This document shows, one piece after another, positions 36,074 to 45,757 of a stretch of 64,000 nucleotides of DNA. Source of the DNA: Desulfomicrobium sp. (lineage in GTDB: Bacteria; Desulfobacterota; Desulfovibrionia; Desulfovibrionales; Desulfomicrobiaceae); contig JAXGMI010000001.1 in assembly GCA_040768745.1 (NCBI GenBank), positions 1,600,001-1,664,000 on the forward strand. Direction: 5' to 3'. Positions within the stretch are counted from its first letter, which is position 1. Each line of letters opens with the position of its first letter. The notes under the pieces were generated by a model, which made no database searches, was not told the origin of the DNA, and worked only from the letters and a program-made list of their open reading frames with translations. A program made the translations under genes and the position numbers.

Positions 36074-36834
36074 AAAAATTTCGCGGCATTTTTCTGAAAA
36101 ACGCTCAGGAAATTGCCATGCTCGGTCAAGCAAACAGGTTTGCTGCCATTATTCTGGAAGAAATCGGTTCGAAAATTGTTCCTGGCGTTACGACAGCAGA
36201 ACTTGAAATCATCGCAAACAAGTTGTGTGATGAACACGGGGTTGATGCTGCTTTCAAGGGGTATCTTGGGTTTCCTTTTGCCCTTTGCTGCTCTGTGAAT
36301 GAACAAGTAGTGCACGGATTCCCGAGTGAGAGACCCTTGATCGAAGGTGATATTGTTTCCATTGATTTTGGGGTTAAATTTCAGGGTTTTTATGGAGATA
36401 CAGCCAAAACGTTTCCTGTAGGAAGTATAGATAAAGACGCGGCACACTTGCTGGATGTGACCAGGGAATCCCTTTTCAAGGGTATAGCCCAGGCCCTTCC
36501 AGGAAATGATCTTTATGATATTTCCCGGGCTGTACAGGAGTACGTGGAGGCTTGTGGCTATTCTGTAATTAAGCGTTTTGTTGGGCATGGCATAGGCCGG
36601 TCTCTTCATGAAAAGCCAGAAGTGCCTAATTATGTTCCAAAAAACTGCTCGCGGGTAGCATTGAAGCCCGGGATGGTATTAGCCATTGAGCCGATGGTCG
36701 CTATGGGATCCGATCAAGTCGAAATCCTCTCCGACGGATGGACTGCAGTGACCAGTGACAGAAGCCTGGCCGCTCATTTTGAGCATTCAGTGGCTATAAC
36801 CAAAGATGGTCCACTCATTCTCAGCCAATTTTAA
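36070..36834 (+). CDS. map: Methionine aminopeptidase type I
   Basis: SVNEQVVHG, GHGIG, AIEPM, AHFEH; TTG start overlapping the secY stop. Confidence 0.96.
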   Translation: MKKFRGIFLKNAQEIAMLGQANRFAAIILEEIGSKIVPGVTTAELEIIANKLCDEHGVDAAFKGYLGFPFALCCSVNEQVVHGFPSERPLIEGDIVSIDFGVKFQGFYGDTAKTFPVGSIDKDAAHLLDVTRESLFKGIAQALPGNDLYDISRAVQEYVEACGYSVIKRFVGHGIGRSLHEKPEVPNYVPKNCSRVALKPGMVLAIEPMVAMGSDQVEILSDGWTAVTSDRSLAAHFEHSVAITKDGPLILSQF

Positions 36835-36870
36835 ATGGCGAGAAATTGTTGAAACTCTTCGGGGGATACG

Positions 36871-36984
36871 ATGAAAGTAAGGCCTTCAGTTCGTAAAATT
36901 TGTCCGAAATGCAAAGTCATTAAGCGCAAAGGTGTGCTTCGTGTTATTTGCGAAAATACTCGGCATAAACAAAGACAGGGTTAA
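36871..36984 (+). CDS. rpmJ: 50S ribosomal protein L36 (zinc-binding type)
   Basis: Below the ORF-track size. Manual translation [37 protein letters not shown]. Confidence 0.97.
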   Translation: MKVRPSVRKICPKCKVIKRKGVLRVICENTRHKQRQG

Positions 36985-36999
36985 GGATAGGGGGAAATT

Positions 37000-37371
37000 G
37001 TGGCAAGACTAGTTGGTGTTGATTTGCCAAGAAACAAACGGCTCGATATTGCGTTAACATATATATATGGCATCGGCCGAGCTACAGCTTTCAAAATCCT
37101 TGATGCAACGGGTATCGATTGGACAAAAAGCAGTGATGATTTAACTGGTGATGACATAAATGCACTTCGTAAGGAGCTTGAAGCGAATTACAAAGTGGAA
37201 GGCGATCTTCGGCGTGAAGTCGTTGCCAATATCAAGCGTCTTATGGATATCGGATGTTATCGTGGTCTGAGGCATCGTCGCGGTCTTCCCTGCCGAGGGC
37301 AGCGTACGCACACCAATGCGCGCACCCGCAAGGGACCACGCAGAGCCATCGTCGGCAAGAAGAAAAAGTAA
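37000..37371 (+). CDS. rpsM: 30S ribosomal protein S13
   Basis: [22 protein letters not shown]. Confidence 0.98.
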   Translation: MARLVGVDLPRNKRLDIALTYIYGIGRATAFKILDATGIDWTKSSDDLTGDDINALRKELEANYKVEGDLRREVVANIKRLMDIGCYRGLRHRRGLPCRGQRTHTNARTRKGPRRAIVGKKKK

Positions 37372-37390
37372 TTGGTGGAGACGTTAAGAT

Positions 37391-37780
37391 ATGGCAAAGC
37401 CTCAACGAGTGATCAAGAAAAAGGAAAAGAGAAATATTCCTGTTGGTATTGCGCATGTGAACAGCACATTTAACAATACCATAATCACCTTCACAGACCC
37501 AACCGGTAATGTCGTCAGTTGGGCAAGCTCCGGAGCGTCGGGCTTCAAGGGCTCACGCAAAAATACTCCTTTTGCGGCCCAAAAGGCTGCAGAAACAGCA
37601 GCCCGTAAAGCAATGGACTGCGGTATGCGTACAGTAGGCATCCTGGTTAAAGGGCCTGGCTCAGGGCGAGAATCAGCAATGCGCGCTATTAATGCTGTTG
37701 GGATGCGTGTTTCATTTATTCGTGACGTCACCCCTATTCCGCACAATGGATGTCGGCCACCCAAACGTCGTAGAGTATAG
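37391..37780 (+). CDS. rpsK: 30S ribosomal protein S11
   Basis: [23 protein letters not shown]. Confidence 0.98.
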   Translation: MAKPQRVIKKKEKRNIPVGIAHVNSTFNNTIITFTDPTGNVVSWASSGASGFKGSRKNTPFAAQKAAETAARKAMDCGMRTVGILVKGPGSGRESAMRAINAVGMRVSFIRDVTPIPHNGCRPPKRRRV

Positions 37781-37794
37781 AGGGAGAATTTACA

Positions 37795-38421
37795 TTGGCT
37801 AGATATACAGGCGCTAAGTGCAGAATTTGCAGGAGAGAAGGCGGTAAGCTTTTTCTCAAAGGCGATAGGTGTTATACTGATAAATGTGCTTTTGAACGTC
37901 GGGCATACGCTCCAGGCGATCACGGGAAAGCCAGAAAGAAACCCAGTGATTATGCGTTGCAGCTCAGAGAAAAGCAAAAAGTCAGAAAGATGTATGGAAT
38001 ACTTGAAGGTCAATTCCGTCGTTATTTCGAAGAAGCGGAACGACGTAAGGGAATAACTGGTGCAGTGCTGCTCACTTTGCTTGAAACGCGTATTGATAAT
38101 GTTGCATACAAGCTGGGCTTTGCGCACTCCCGCAACCAAGCTCGCCAGATGGTCCGGCACGGTATTTTCCTGCTGAATGGGCGTCGGGTGAGTGTACCAT
38201 CCATCCAGATGAAGTCCGGAGATGTTTTGGAGGTGCGTGACAAGACGCGGAAAAATCTTGTCATCACAGAGTCTCTTGAGGTTGTCGCTCGTCGTGGGGT
38301 CCCGGCATGGCTTGAAGTCGATCCGGGAGCAATGAAAGGTTCGGTCAAGGCTCTTCCAACCAGAGAAGATATTACGTTCCCAATGACAGAGCAGTTGATT
38401 GTTGAACTCTACTCCAAATAG
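37795..38421 (+). CDS. rpsD: 30S ribosomal protein S4
   Basis: [25 protein letters not shown] start. Confidence 0.98.
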   Translation: MARYTGAKCRICRREGGKLFLKGDRCYTDKCAFERRAYAPGDHGKARKKPSDYALQLREKQKVRKMYGILEGQFRRYFEEAERRKGITGAVLLTLLETRIDNVAYKLGFAHSRNQARQMVRHGIFLLNGRRVSVPSIQMKSGDVLEVRDKTRKNLVITESLEVVARRGVPAWLEVDPGAMKGSVKALPTREDITFPMTEQLIVELYSK

Positions 38422-38433
38422 CAGGCGGTAAAC

Positions 38434-39480
38434 ATGAGTTCTACGTATAGCGGAGACAAGAAGGTTTACGTCAGAAATTGGGCAGAGTTGGTTCGGCCTG
38501 AGCAATTGGAAAAGGATTCCAAATGCAGTTCAATGTATGGACGTTTTGTATGTGAGCCGTTGGAAAGAGGTTTTGGAACCACAATTGGAAATGCTTTGCG
38601 GAGAGTTTTGCTCTCTTCGTTGCAGGGAGCTGCGCCAGTATCGTTGAAGATAAGGGGAATTCAGCATGAGTTCACGACGATTCCTGGCGTCAATGAAGAT
38701 GTCACCGATATAGTTCTGAATTTGAAGCAGCTGCGTGTCGCCATGAACACGCCCGAACCCCAGAGAGTACAGCTCATTGCGAATGCAAAAGGTGAGGTGA
38801 AAGCGTCTGCAATTACCGAAAACCAGCACATCAAAATACTCAATCCAGAGCTGCATATTGCCACTCTTTCAGAAGACATTGACCTTGTGATGGATATCGA
38901 AATCAGGATGGGCAAGGGGTATGTGCCGGCTGAAATGCATGAAGACCTTGATCATGAAATCGGGATCATCACTCTGGATTCGAGTTTTTCTCCCATTCGC
39001 AAGGTTGCGTACGCAGTGGAGCAGGCCCGTGTCGGACAAATGACAAATTACGACAAGCTGATCATGGAAGTCTGGACAGACGGTTCTGTAACACCTGAAG
39101 ACGCTCTGGCGTTCAGCGCGAAGATCCTCAAAGAGCAGCTTACAGTATTCATCAATTTTGATGAGGGCTCTGCAGATATCGAAAAGGCCAAATCCAAGCC
39201 TCAAGATAAAATCAATGAAAATCTCTTCAAGAACATTGAAGATCTCGAGTTGCCTGTCCGGGCAAGTAACTGCTTGAAGAGTGCTGGAATTCATATAGTA
39301 GGAGAATTGGTGCAAAAGACCGAAGCCGACCTGCTGAAAACAAAGAATTTCGGCCGTAAATCACTGGAAGATATTCGGCGAGTCCTGGAAAGCATGGGGC
39401 TGGATTTTGGAATCAGAGTGGATAATTTTGAAGAATTGTACCAGGATTGGTTAAAGAGGAACGAAGAAGATGAGGCATAG
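38434..39480 (+). CDS. rpoA: RNA polymerase alpha subunit
   Basis: [29 protein letters not shown]. Confidence 0.98.
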   Translation: MSSTYSGDKKVYVRNWAELVRPEQLEKDSKCSSMYGRFVCEPLERGFGTTIGNALRRVLLSSLQGAAPVSLKIRGIQHEFTTIPGVNEDVTDIVLNLKQLRVAMNTPEPQRVQLIANAKGEVKASAITENQHIKILNPELHIATLSEDIDLVMDIEIRMGKGYVPAEMHEDLDHEIGIITLDSSFSPIRKVAYAVEQARVGQMTNYDKLIMEVWTDGSVTPEDALAFSAKILKEQLTVFINFDEGSADIEKAKSKPQDKINENLFKNIEDLELPVRASNCLKSAGIHIVGELVQKTEADLLKTKNFGRKSLEDIRRVLESMGLDFGIRVDNFEELYQDWLKRNEEDEA

Positions 39481-39886
39481 AAAATCAGGACGCAAGCTTG
39501 GCCGTTCATGGGAGCATAGAAAGGCCATGATGAAAAATATGGCTCGTTCTTTGGTTGAGCATGAACGCATCCGCACTACCGAAGCCAAGGCCAAGGAACT
39601 GAGAATTCTCGCTGACAAGCTCGTGACCATGGCTCTCGCGGACAGCCTGCATGCTCGCAGGCAGGCGTATACGGTATTGGGAAGCCATCACAGCGTAAAA
39701 AAGCTTTTTGATGAAATTGGTCCGCGTTTCAAGGAAATTGCCGGTGGGTATACCCGTGTTGTGAAGTTTGGTGTTCCGCGAGTCGGAGACGGCGCCCCCA
39801 TGGCAATGATTGAGTTTACTCGCCTCGGCGCGCAGTTTGCCGAAGCGGACGCTAAGCCAACCGAGTCTGCACCGGACAAAGAGTAA
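39470..39886 (+). CDS. rplQ: 50S ribosomal protein L17
   Basis: [24 protein letters not shown]. Confidence 0.98.
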   Translation: MRHRKSGRKLGRSWEHRKAMMKNMARSLVEHERIRTTEAKAKELRILADKLVTMALADSLHARRQAYTVLGSHHSVKKLFDEIGPRFKEIAGGYTRVVKFGVPRVGDGAPMAMIEFTRLGAQFAEADAKPTESAPDKE

Positions 39887-39891
39887 GCATG

Positions 39892-39917
39892 AAGGCAGTT
39901 TCGGCTGCCTTTTTTTT
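39892..39917 (+). terminator. Intrinsic terminator ending the ribosomal superoperon
   Basis: AAGGCAGT-TTCG-GCTGCCTT followed by a T run. Confidence 0.85.
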
Positions 39918-39926
39918 ATCAGCTTG

Positions 39927-39943
39927 TATCGACGTTATCTATA
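39927..39943. promoter_or_regulatory. Putative LysR-type T-N11-A box
   Basis: TATCGA-CGTTA-TCTATA interrupted palindrome, 16 nt before the LysR ATG. Confidence 0.45.
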
Positions 39944-39959
39944 TTAGGAATAGTAATTC

Positions 39960-40877
39960 ATGGATATTCGAAAGATAGAGGCTTTTTCCAAAGTTTTTGA
40001 ACATGCCAGTTTTTCCAAGGCTGCCAAGTCTCTTTTCCTTTCCCAGCCGACCATCAGCGCGCACGTCGCTTCCCTTGAAGAGGAACTCGAGGTTGCGCTT
40101 TTTGACCGCATCGGAAGAACCGTTGTTCCTACAAAGGCAGGGGAAATACTATATCAGCATGCTCGAAAAATCTTTGAGGCATCAGAGCTTGCCATTAATG
40201 AAATCCGCAAATTGCATGATCGGGTGACGGGCAGGTTGGAAATAGGTGGCAGCAGCATCCCGGCAAACTATATCATGCCGGCATATCTTGCCCAATTCTG
40301 GCAGATGTATCCTGAAGTGGTCATGAACCTGCACATTGGAGATTCTGAGGAAATTGCCAGCCTTGTTCGGGAGAATGTGCTCATGCTTGGGGTGGTCGGA
40401 GGGATATTCCCTGGGACTGACCTTGTCTATGAGCCGATCGCCCGAGACGAGCTCGTCTTGGTCATGGCACCGAAAATCTACATTCAGTACCAGCACTTGG
40501 ATCCTGTCGAGATGCTGCGCAAGGTTCCCTGGGTGCTCAGGGAGGAAGGTTCTGGCACCCGCGCGGCCATGGATGAGAGTCTCACCACCCTCGGAATTGA
40601 CATCCTCAGTCTTAACTGCGTGATCATGGTCAGAAATGCAGGGGCCGTGGCACGTTGCCTGTCCGCAGGGATGGGAGCGGCCATTACCTCCGCCATCACG
40701 GTTGCAGATGCCCTTGCGGCTGGCCACCTGGTGGCCATCGACATTCCGGGATTGATCATGGAGAGGTCCTTTTTCATAGTTTTTCATCGAAAAAGAACGC
40801 TTTTTCCGGCCGCCGTCAAATTGATCGAATTTCTGAAAATGAACGTCACCAATGTCGGCGTGGGAGGACAAAAATGA
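39960..40877 (+). CDS. LysR-family regulator, CysL-like / selenium-metabolism-associated
   Basis: SFSKAAKSLFLSQPTISAHV HTH, REEGSGTR; stop overlaps the selD start (ATGA). Confidence 0.9.
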   Translation: MDIRKIEAFSKVFEHASFSKAAKSLFLSQPTISAHVASLEEELEVALFDRIGRTVVPTKAGEILYQHARKIFEASELAINEIRKLHDRVTGRLEIGGSSIPANYIMPAYLAQFWQMYPEVVMNLHIGDSEEIASLVRENVLMLGVVGGIFPGTDLVYEPIARDELVLVMAPKIYIQYQHLDPVEMLRKVPWVLREEGSGTRAAMDESLTTLGIDILSLNCVIMVRNAGAVARCLSAGMGAAITSAITVADALAAGHLVAIDIPGLIMERSFFIVFHRKRTLFPAAVKLIEFLKMNVTNVGVGGQK

Positions 40878-41920
40878 TACAGAAGCCTCTGGTTCAGACA
40901 GTCACCGCCGCAGGCTGAGCAGCCAAGATTTCTCCAGGGGACCTGGAGTACGCGTTGTCCGGCCTGGAAATTCCAACTGATGACAGAGTTTTGGTGGGCC
41001 TCGGAAACAGCGAGGATGCAGCCATTGTGCAATTTCCAGCGGGAAAGGCCCTGGTGCAGACTGTCGATTTTTTTACACCCATAGTGAATGATCCTTTTCG
41101 GTTTGGGCAGATTGCTGCGGCCAACTCCCTGTCCGATGTGTACGCCATGGGAGGTGAACCGTATGTGGTCATGAACATCGTCTGTTTCCCGATAGACTCC
41201 ATGGATGTTTCGGTGTTGCGCGCGATGATCCACGGAGGACTCCAAAAAATAGGTGAAGCAGGTGCGGTCTTGGTCGGCGGCCACAGTGTCCAGGACAAGG
41301 AGCTCAAATATGGACTGTCGGTATCCGGGGTTATCGATCCTGAATGCTATGCGTCCAATGCAGGATTGCGCTCTGGAGATTGGCTCATACTGACCAAGCC
41401 CGTCGGGTCAGGGGTGCTGGCCACAGCTGTCAAAGCGGAATGGCCCGACGCCCTGAAACATGAAGAGGAAATTTATCGCTGGGCCTCCCGTTTAAATCGC
41501 ATTCCCGGTGAAGCGATTCGCCGCTTCAGGCTACGTGGAGCCACTGATATAACCGGTTTCGGTCTCGGTGGGCATCTGTTGGAAATGGCCAAGGCGTCAG
41601 ACCGCACGATCAGCCTTGTTGTCCGTGATGTTCCCCTCATGCAGGATGCATATCAGCTTGCCAGTATGGGACTTGTGCCCATGGGAAGTCATGCGAACAA
41701 AAAGTTTTGCCACAAGACAGTGCATGTGGATGAAGGTCTGGATGCGGTCATGGTGGATCTTATGTTTGATGCGCAGACATCAGGCGGTTTGGTTCTGGCA
41801 GTGCCAGAGGCGCAAAGGGATGAAGTCGTCGCATGGCTCACGCAACATGGAGAGCTGGCTGCCGTGATCGGGCGGGTTGAACCTTTGCGCCAAGACGGCA
41901 AACGGCTTGTACTGTGGTGA
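40874..41920 (+). CDS. selD: Selenide, water dikinase (selenophosphate synthetase), Sec at codon 15
   Basis: ATG 40874 (GGAGG SD) MIQKPLVQTVTAAG-TGA(40916-40918)-AAKISPGDL continues in frame into 40955-41920 (EDAA, TVDFFTP, SDVYAMGG, GGHS, TDITGFGL, DAQTSGGL). Confidence 0.95.
40932..40948 (+). promoter_or_regulatory. Putative bacterial SECIS hairpin
   Basis: CTCCAGG-GGA-CCTGGAG begins 13 nt after the in-frame UGA and has a G-containing apical loop. Confidence 0.65.
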
Positions 41921-43419
41921 AGGTCGAGATCATAGTTGTCACGGGAGATGTTCGGAGTGTACAGGCGAGGTTGGGACAACCTTTGCTGCATGTTCTTTTT
42001 GAGGCCAATCTCAGCCAAGGTTGGGCGCTTTGTGCTGGAGCGGGCAGCTGCGGCAAATGCAGGATCAGGTTTCTGGACCATGCCCCACAGGCGCAGTGTG
42101 AGGAACATGCGCTTATACAGCAAGAGGACCTGGAACACGGTTGGCGATTGGCCTGCAAACATGTGGTGACTCGCGACTGCAGGATCCAACTCAGGACATT
42201 GCCCCGGCAGCGTTCAACATCTGAAGAGGGCGAGCTGCTTGCCATAGATGTGGGGACGACCAGGATAAAATGGGCGGTGGATGGAAAGAGGAATAGGGCT
42301 GTCGAACATGCCATGATCAATCCCCAAATGGGTGTCGGGAGCGAGATCATGTCCAGACTCAGCTATGCCCTTTCCTCGGAAACGGCGCAAAGCCATCTGC
42401 GGGAAGTGCTCGTCTCTGCAATCAAGCAGCTTGTCAAGGATTCTGGGGCAAGGAGCTTGGCTGTGGGCGGGAATACCACCATGATAGCCATGCTCTTGGG
42501 GTTGCCACTCCAAGGGTTGGCCTTTGCCCCCTATACGCTGCCCTGGCGGGGCGATGAAACGGTCGGATTGGGGAATGGATTGCCACCAGCCTATGTGCCT
42601 CCACTTTTGGGGCCCTTCATAGGTGCAGACATCAGCGCCGGACTGGCTGCAGTATGTGCAAAAGAGCCGGAATACCCTTACCTTCTCGCCGACCTGGGAA
42701 CCAATGGTGAGTTTGTGCTGGCTGTGGACGAGGACCATTTCTTCGCCGCGAGTGTTCCCATGGGGCCGGCCATTGAAGGTGTTGGACTTTGTTGTGGGTC
42801 CATGGCTGGAGATGGGGTGGTAAGTAAGGTGAGAGTGGGGCAAAAAGGACTGCACGTGGATGTGCAAGGGGCCATGGCAGGAATTTCCGGAACCGGCTAC
42901 GTGTCCTTGCTGGCGGTTCTGCGCCGGATTGGACTGCTGGACGAGGATGGCCATTTTCAAGTGTCATCGTCCATTCCCTTGACCCAACAAATCGCTTCCA
43001 AAATAGGCGCACATCCCCTGGGAAAAATTCTGCAGCTGAATGAGGAAATTTTTCTGGCTGAGAGAGACGTCGAGGAATTCCTGAAGGCAAAGGCAGCAGT
43101 CAATGTGGCCATCGGGAGTCTCGTCCGTCGAACAGGATTGGGCGTGGCCGACATCAATTCGATTTATCTGGCCGGAGCCCTGGGCGAGTACGCCGACTGC
43201 CTTGACCTTATGGAACTCGGATTTTTCCCACGATGTTGGCAGGAACGTATTCTCGTGGAAGGAAATACATCATTGGCAGGGCTGATGCTGGCTCTCGAAA
43301 AACTGGAAGTCAGGGAGTGGTTGTCCAATCTGCCCCTGAAAGTGTCCGTTGAGAACCTCGTGGAGCAAGAGGATTTCGAGACTCATTTTCTGAACGCTAT
43401 GCGTTTTGTCTGGATGTGA
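41914..43419 (+). CDS. 2Fe-2S / ASKHA-fold protein (RACo/DUF4445, corrinoid reductive activase family)
   Basis: CAGAGSCGKC...RLAC ferredoxin motif; IDVGTT, DLGTNGEF, GPAIEG, LAGALG, GNTSLAG. Confidence 0.85.
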   Translation: MVKVEIIVVTGDVRSVQARLGQPLLHVLFEANLSQGWALCAGAGSCGKCRIRFLDHAPQAQCEEHALIQQEDLEHGWRLACKHVVTRDCRIQLRTLPRQRSTSEEGELLAIDVGTTRIKWAVDGKRNRAVEHAMINPQMGVGSEIMSRLSYALSSETAQSHLREVLVSAIKQLVKDSGARSLAVGGNTTMIAMLLGLPLQGLAFAPYTLPWRGDETVGLGNGLPPAYVPPLLGPFIGADISAGLAAVCAKEPEYPYLLADLGTNGEFVLAVDEDHFFAASVPMGPAIEGVGLCCGSMAGDGVVSKVRVGQKGLHVDVQGAMAGISGTGYVSLLAVLRRIGLLDEDGHFQVSSSIPLTQQIASKIGAHPLGKILQLNEEIFLAERDVEEFLKAKAAVNVAIGSLVRRTGLGVADINSIYLAGALGEYADCLDLMELGFFPRCWQERILVEGNTSLAGLMLALEKLEVREWLSNLPLKVSVENLVEQEDFETHFLNAMRFVWM

Positions 43420-43441
43420 AGGCCGTCAGACGCAGATCATT

Positions 43442-43816
43442 TCATATTTTAGCCTGAATGGCCTCGTGGATGCGTCGAGATACGACCTCGTCTCCAAGGT
43501 ATCCGACTCGAATGGATACCTCTGTCGTGGTTGAACTTTGGGTATTGAGGGTTATCCAGACATCGCGTTCACCATCCTTGGTGTTGATGGAGGCGCGACT
43601 CAATTGTTTCTGGGGGTCAAGGACTGGCAGCCCCAACGATTCGCAACCTGCAATGGTCGCTTTGTACGTGGCTTCAAGATCAGCATTATAGGTGCGTTTG
43701 AGCTGCCCGGCAACATAGGTGTAGGTCCCAACTGCCGTGGCACCACCTACGATCAGGGCTGCGCAACCAGTGCTCAGCATGACCAGAATGATCAACATGT
43801 TTTTGAGAACAGTCAT
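43442..43816 (-). CDS. DUF3568-like lipoprotein
   Basis: ATG 43816 with GGAGG SD, lipobox STGC, C-terminal SIRVGYLGDEVVSRRIH. Confidence 0.75.
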   Translation of the reverse strand: MTVLKNMLIILVMLSTGCAALIVGGATAVGTYTYVAGQLKRTYNADLEATYKATIAGCESLGLPVLDPQKQLSRASINTKDGERDVWITLNTQSSTTTEVSIRVGYLGDEVVSRRIHEAIQAKI

Positions 43817-43879
43817 GTTTTTCCTCCATTGATACTGTAATTGAAGTCTACGTTGTTTCAGAGTCAATGAAAAGATCTG

Positions 43880-45610
43880 TCATTCCAGGGAAAGAATATC
43901 CTGCACCGCCAGTTCTGGCTGCATGAGACCATTGAATTTGGTCAAGCGTGGCGTGTAAGCGACTCTGACCTCACGCTGATCCAGTGAGGTCTTTTGCCAG
44001 CGTTCTCCCTGACGCCAAGCCACGGCGCGCATGGTCGTGCCGTCTGTGGAATCACTCAGAAACAGCTCCAGATGTTTTTTTTGGCCAAAGAAACGGTGGC
44101 GCAAAATGGACAATGGTGGAGACAGAAAGATTGGGCGTGGATTGCCCTGTCCGTAAGGCTGGAGCAGCTCCAGCTCCTTGAGCAAGGTGGCTGTGACCTG
44201 CGAAAAAGGAAGCTCCATATCCAGCTCGAGAATGGGAGGGGCGGGGTTGGTTCCGAGCTGCTCCTCCACTGCCCAGGCGAAAAGACTTTTCAGGTTGACG
44301 AGCTGAAAGGGTTCAAGTTTGAGTCCAGCGGCCTGTTTGTGACCTCCGAATTTATACAGACACTGCTTGCAGGATAAGAGCGCCTGATAGAGGTCAAAGG
44401 ATGGAGTTGATCTCCCCGAGCCCTTGAAAATACCATTTTCTTTGGTCAGGATCAGACATGGTCTGTGAAATCGTTCTACGATGCGAGAAGCCACGATGCC
44501 GATAATCCCCGAATGCCAGTGCTCGGAATGGAGAACGAAGCCTGGCAGGTGCAACTGAGATTCGGCCTGGGCAATAGCCTCTTCAAGAATTCGTTGTTCT
44601 TCCAGTTTGCGCTTGGCATTGAGCTTGTCGAGCTGTGTGGCCAAGCTGCGGGCTGTTTCGCTGTCCTTTTCCAAGAGAAGCCGCAAGGCGAGGTCAGGAT
44701 CCCCAATGCGTCCAGCAGCATTGATGCGTGGAGCCAAAGCGAAACCAATGGTGCCGGCGCCTACACGTTCATCCGGACCAAGTCCGCTGATTTCCTTCAG
44801 CGCCTGGATTCCTGGTCGGCGTCCTTCCTCGATGAGAAGCAGCCCGTTTTTCACCAGGATACGGTTTTGCTCGTCCAGGGGCACGACGTCCGCTATGGTG
44901 CCAAGGGCAACAAGATCCAGGTAATCCCTGATGTCTGCCTGCGGACCAGGCAGGAGTCGATTTAAGGCTCCCATGAGGAGGAAGCTCAGACCCACACCGG
45001 AAAGTTCTTGGCTGGGCCATCCATCCAGTTTTGGATTGATAATGATATCGGCTTCGGGAAGTGTCTGGCCCGGCAGGTGATGGTCCGTGACAATCACATC
45101 CATACCAAGTGCCTTGGCTTCCTGAATTTCCTTGATATTGGCGATGCCGCAATCGACGGTCAAAAGCAGCCCGACTCCCAGCGCGGCTAAGTTGCGAATA
45201 CCCTCGGAGTGCAATCCATAGCCGAAGTCCAGCCTGTCCGGGATATGATGAACCACCTCGACATTTCTATGGCTCAGAAAATCCTTGACCAAGGCTGTGG
45301 CAGTGATCCCGTCCACATCGTAGTCCCCCCATACGGCAAGCCTGCGGTTTTGGGCCAAGGCGTCGCGAATCAGTATTGCTCCTGCTTCAATGCCTGGCCA
45401 TTTTTCCAGGGGGTACAGATATCTGAGCCCGGGGCTCAGATATCTGTCCATGGCGGCTGGCGAGGACAGCCCACGCAGGGTCATCAAATGGACAAGGAGG
45501 GGACTGACTTCCAGACGCTCGGCGATAGCTCGCTGCTGGGCGTGGCTCAGAGCCGCGCCCAATGGAGGTGCTTTGAGTGTCCAAGTCGTCAGGGTCTCGG
45601 GCATAGGCAT
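43880..45610 (-). CDS. recJ: Single-stranded-DNA exonuclease RecJ
   Basis: GDYDVDG, TVDCG, TDHH, GTIADVV, PRINAAGR, GSGRS, GGH. Confidence 0.96.
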   Translation of the reverse strand: MPMPETLTTWTLKAPPLGAALSHAQQRAIAERLEVSPLLVHLMTLRGLSSPAAMDRYLSPGLRYLYPLEKWPGIEAGAILIRDALAQNRRLAVWGDYDVDGITATALVKDFLSHRNVEVVHHIPDRLDFGYGLHSEGIRNLAALGVGLLLTVDCGIANIKEIQEAKALGMDVIVTDHHLPGQTLPEADIIINPKLDGWPSQELSGVGLSFLLMGALNRLLPGPQADIRDYLDLVALGTIADVVPLDEQNRILVKNGLLLIEEGRRPGIQALKEISGLGPDERVGAGTIGFALAPRINAAGRIGDPDLALRLLLEKDSETARSLATQLDKLNAKRKLEEQRILEEAIAQAESQLHLPGFVLHSEHWHSGIIGIVASRIVERFHRPCLILTKENGIFKGSGRSTPSFDLYQALLSCKQCLYKFGGHKQAAGLKLEPFQLVNLKSLFAWAVEEQLGTNPAPPILELDMELPFSQVTATLLKELELLQPYGQGNPRPIFLSPPLSILRHRFFGQKKHLELFLSDSTDGTTMRAVAWRQGERWQKTSLDQREVRVAYTPRLTKFNGLMQPELAVQDILSLE

Positions 45611-45757
45611 TTCTACAGAGAAGTTTGTTGCTTTGACAGATGCGGGTCCTTCAATATAGTCGTTTTTTCTTCAACTGCAAGATCTTTGATTTCTTGCATT
45701 TTTGTCATGGTCAAAGGCACCGTAATTGTTGTGTATCTTTTTTTGTTGCGAGGTTGA

